A stretch of 63,621 nt of DNA, filler included, from Octopus bimaculoides (Eukaryota): assembly GCF_001194135.2 (NCBI RefSeq). It is 6 parts of 5 records of this genome, joined end to end, with 100 filler letters (N's around TTAATTAATTAA, not from the genome) between each part and the next. Parts side by side here need not be neighbours in the genome. Positions count along the whole stretch, not along the records: positions 61,339 to 62,403 come from NC_068983.1; positions 62,504 to 63,621 come from NC_068988.1; 4 more parts are not named here. One strand, written 5' to 3'. Under the pieces are notes generated by a model. It searched no databases. It had not been told where the DNA came from and was given only the letters and a program-made list of their open reading frames with translations. The position numbers were made by a program, and so were the translations under genes. Shown here in pieces: positions 61,435 to 63,621 of this stretch (its first letter is position 1; the number at the start of each line of letters is the position of its first letter).

Positions 61435-62523
61435 ATATTGAATGGTAGAAATATAGGATAGAGAGATAAGGGTTTTCGGCCAGCTAACTCTATGACAGAG
61501 TTATAGAGATAAGTGACTATGTGAGAAAATAAAAACTGAAAACCTGAAACTTGAATAAATGAGTGAATGAATTTGGTGACATCGTTTTGGATAACAGAAA
61601 TAAGCAATGTGTAAGGTATTTATGGATCAGGGCATAAATAAATAGAAAGTATAAGCGTGGCTAGAAAGACAGAGAAACTTATCTGATCATCGTTCTATGG
61701 TCGTATTAATTCGGCAGAGAATTCTAGGACCATATATACACATATTCCACACAGATGCATGCACACAAAGACATGCATACACAACAGGTAGACATACACA
61801 CTCACACAAACTCAGACGCATAGACAGTATTACATACGCATACATACACAAGCACTCAGGTATGTACACACACACACATGAATTTGTAGAATATAATGCA
61901 TATGTGTAGAATATACAGATATACATGCAATCATACATACATACACAAGCACACATGTACACTGGCATGCACACATGCAACAAGATCCCAAAGAAACAGA
62001 CACAGCCTCTATAATGGACTAAGTCTATAATCACTGTAAAGGTTGCAAGTAGCAATGAAAGAACTTTGACAAACAAAAACAAGATGATTGGATATTTAAC
62101 CATTTGACTAATAATAAATGAGTGGAATTGAACCAGTGTGGGTGTGTTAATTATATTAGCATAATGACTCTCCCTGCACACAATATATATACACGCACAT
62201 ATACATGCATATGTGGCTGTGTGGCAAGAAGCTTACTTCCCAACCACATGGTTCCCAACAACATGGTTTAGTCCCACTGCATGGCACCTTGGGTAAGCAA
62301 GTGTCTTCTACTATAGCCTTGGGCCGACCAAAGCTGTGTGAGTGGATTTGGTAGACAGAAACTGAAAGGAGCACATTGTGTGTGTATATATATATATATA
62401 TATNNNNNNNNNNNNNNNNNNNNNNNNNNNNNNNNNNNNNNNNNNNNTTAATTAATTAANNNNNNNNNNNNNNNNNNNNNNNNNNNNNNNNNNNNNNNNN
62501 NNNATATATATATATATATATAT

Positions 62524-62583
<60 letters not shown>

Positions 62584-62585
<2 letters not shown>

Positions 62586-62985
62586 CCTGAGGGATGTGGT
62601 CGGATCCGTTAAAATTTTGGCCTTGACGGTATTGATGAAGTCTTGATTCCGCTTCGTGTTGCTTCCACCACTACCAGACTTCCTCAAAATGCTATTGCTC
62701 ATGGCCATTCTTTTCATGATGTTATAAACTGTGTTTAAAGATACTCCAACTATGCTTGAGATCTTCTTTAAAACGATTTGTGCACGGACCAAATCACACG
62801 CTTTTTGGCGTTTGTTTTCCTGAGCAGACATATTCTTCAATATTCCTGCAAAAATGAGTTTATAATTAGCTGACAATGTATTCTGTGTTCTGCATTAGGT
62901 TTCATATCATTTGGTATAGTGCTTGCTGTGAACATTTGTGTAACTTTTAATGCAAATTATGCTTCCCACACCATACACAATGCTG
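62584..62985 (-). mobile_element. mariner/maT-like transposon 5' fragment (HTH region) truncated at (GATA)n
   Basis: MSAQENKRQKACDLVRAQ...ISSIVGVSLNTVYNIMKR...RKSGSGGSNTKRNQDFINTVKAKILTDPTTSLR. Confidence 0.8.
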
Positions 62986-63570
62986 TAACTACAGTCACAT
63001 GATCAATTTTGCTCTCTCGAGTCACGGAAATCTTGTGAGATCTCAATAGGAATATATAGTTGTGCTTATTACATATCTTTGCATCTTTAATGTCGAATGA
63101 TTTAAACGTTGACTATTGTTACTAGCAGAAGAAATATTGTTCTGTTCCATCACAAGCTGTTTCCCTTTTGAGAACATTACAGAATGAAAAGAAATCACTC
63201 AAAATAACATTTAAACACTTCAAATTATATTCCAAGATGGACGTGGCAATATCAATCCACAAAAGAAGCTTCTCCTCATCAACGTGTTATTTAACATGCA
63301 CAAACTCAATCAAGAAACAAGAGCAATATCGTCACAGCTACAATGAAATGGGACGTAAGCCGTACATATAGAGATACTTACATGTAAAAAGTGTACGTTT
63401 CTTTCCAAGCAAGCGTGCATTTCTGATAGCAACATACAGCTGACCCGTAGGATGCATCTATCATGCACAGAAACATATAAGTCTTCCCTTAATTAATTTT
63501 CTTTGTACCGTTAAATAGGTGATAAACACACAAAAGGTTTATACTGGAAGTAAATGCAATTGAGAATATA

Positions 63571-63621
<51 letters not shown>

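Overview
AT-rich, microsatellite-saturated eukaryotic scaffold with many N-gaps. The SINE families, simple-repeat density and CAAAATG start context suggest an octopod cephalopod (inference; no database search was run). Two protein-coding loci are supported. (1) An intronless atonal-family proneural bHLH gene (10315-11502, +) with a loop 3 residues shorter than canonical. (2) A multi-exon gene on the minus strand that the ORF track does not assemble. Five phase-compatible GT-AG exons between 34686 and 42989 splice into about 247 aa of an ADP-ribosylglycohydrolase (crystallin-J1-like) fold in which several conserved active-site motifs are substituted, suggesting an intact pseudo-enzyme. The rest is transposon debris: several SINE families, Tc1/mariner, pogo, hAT, piggyBac-type, MULE, Chapaev-type, R4, RLE-type, RTE, CR1-group and Penelope. 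Notable non-coding signals are five minimal hammerhead-ribozyme-like motifs in two Penelope-related repeat subfamilies, a CpG-decay domain (about 30-49.6 kb) that coincides with the spliced gene and spares the atonal locus, and several isolated hairpins. Coordinates of degraded repeats are approximate.
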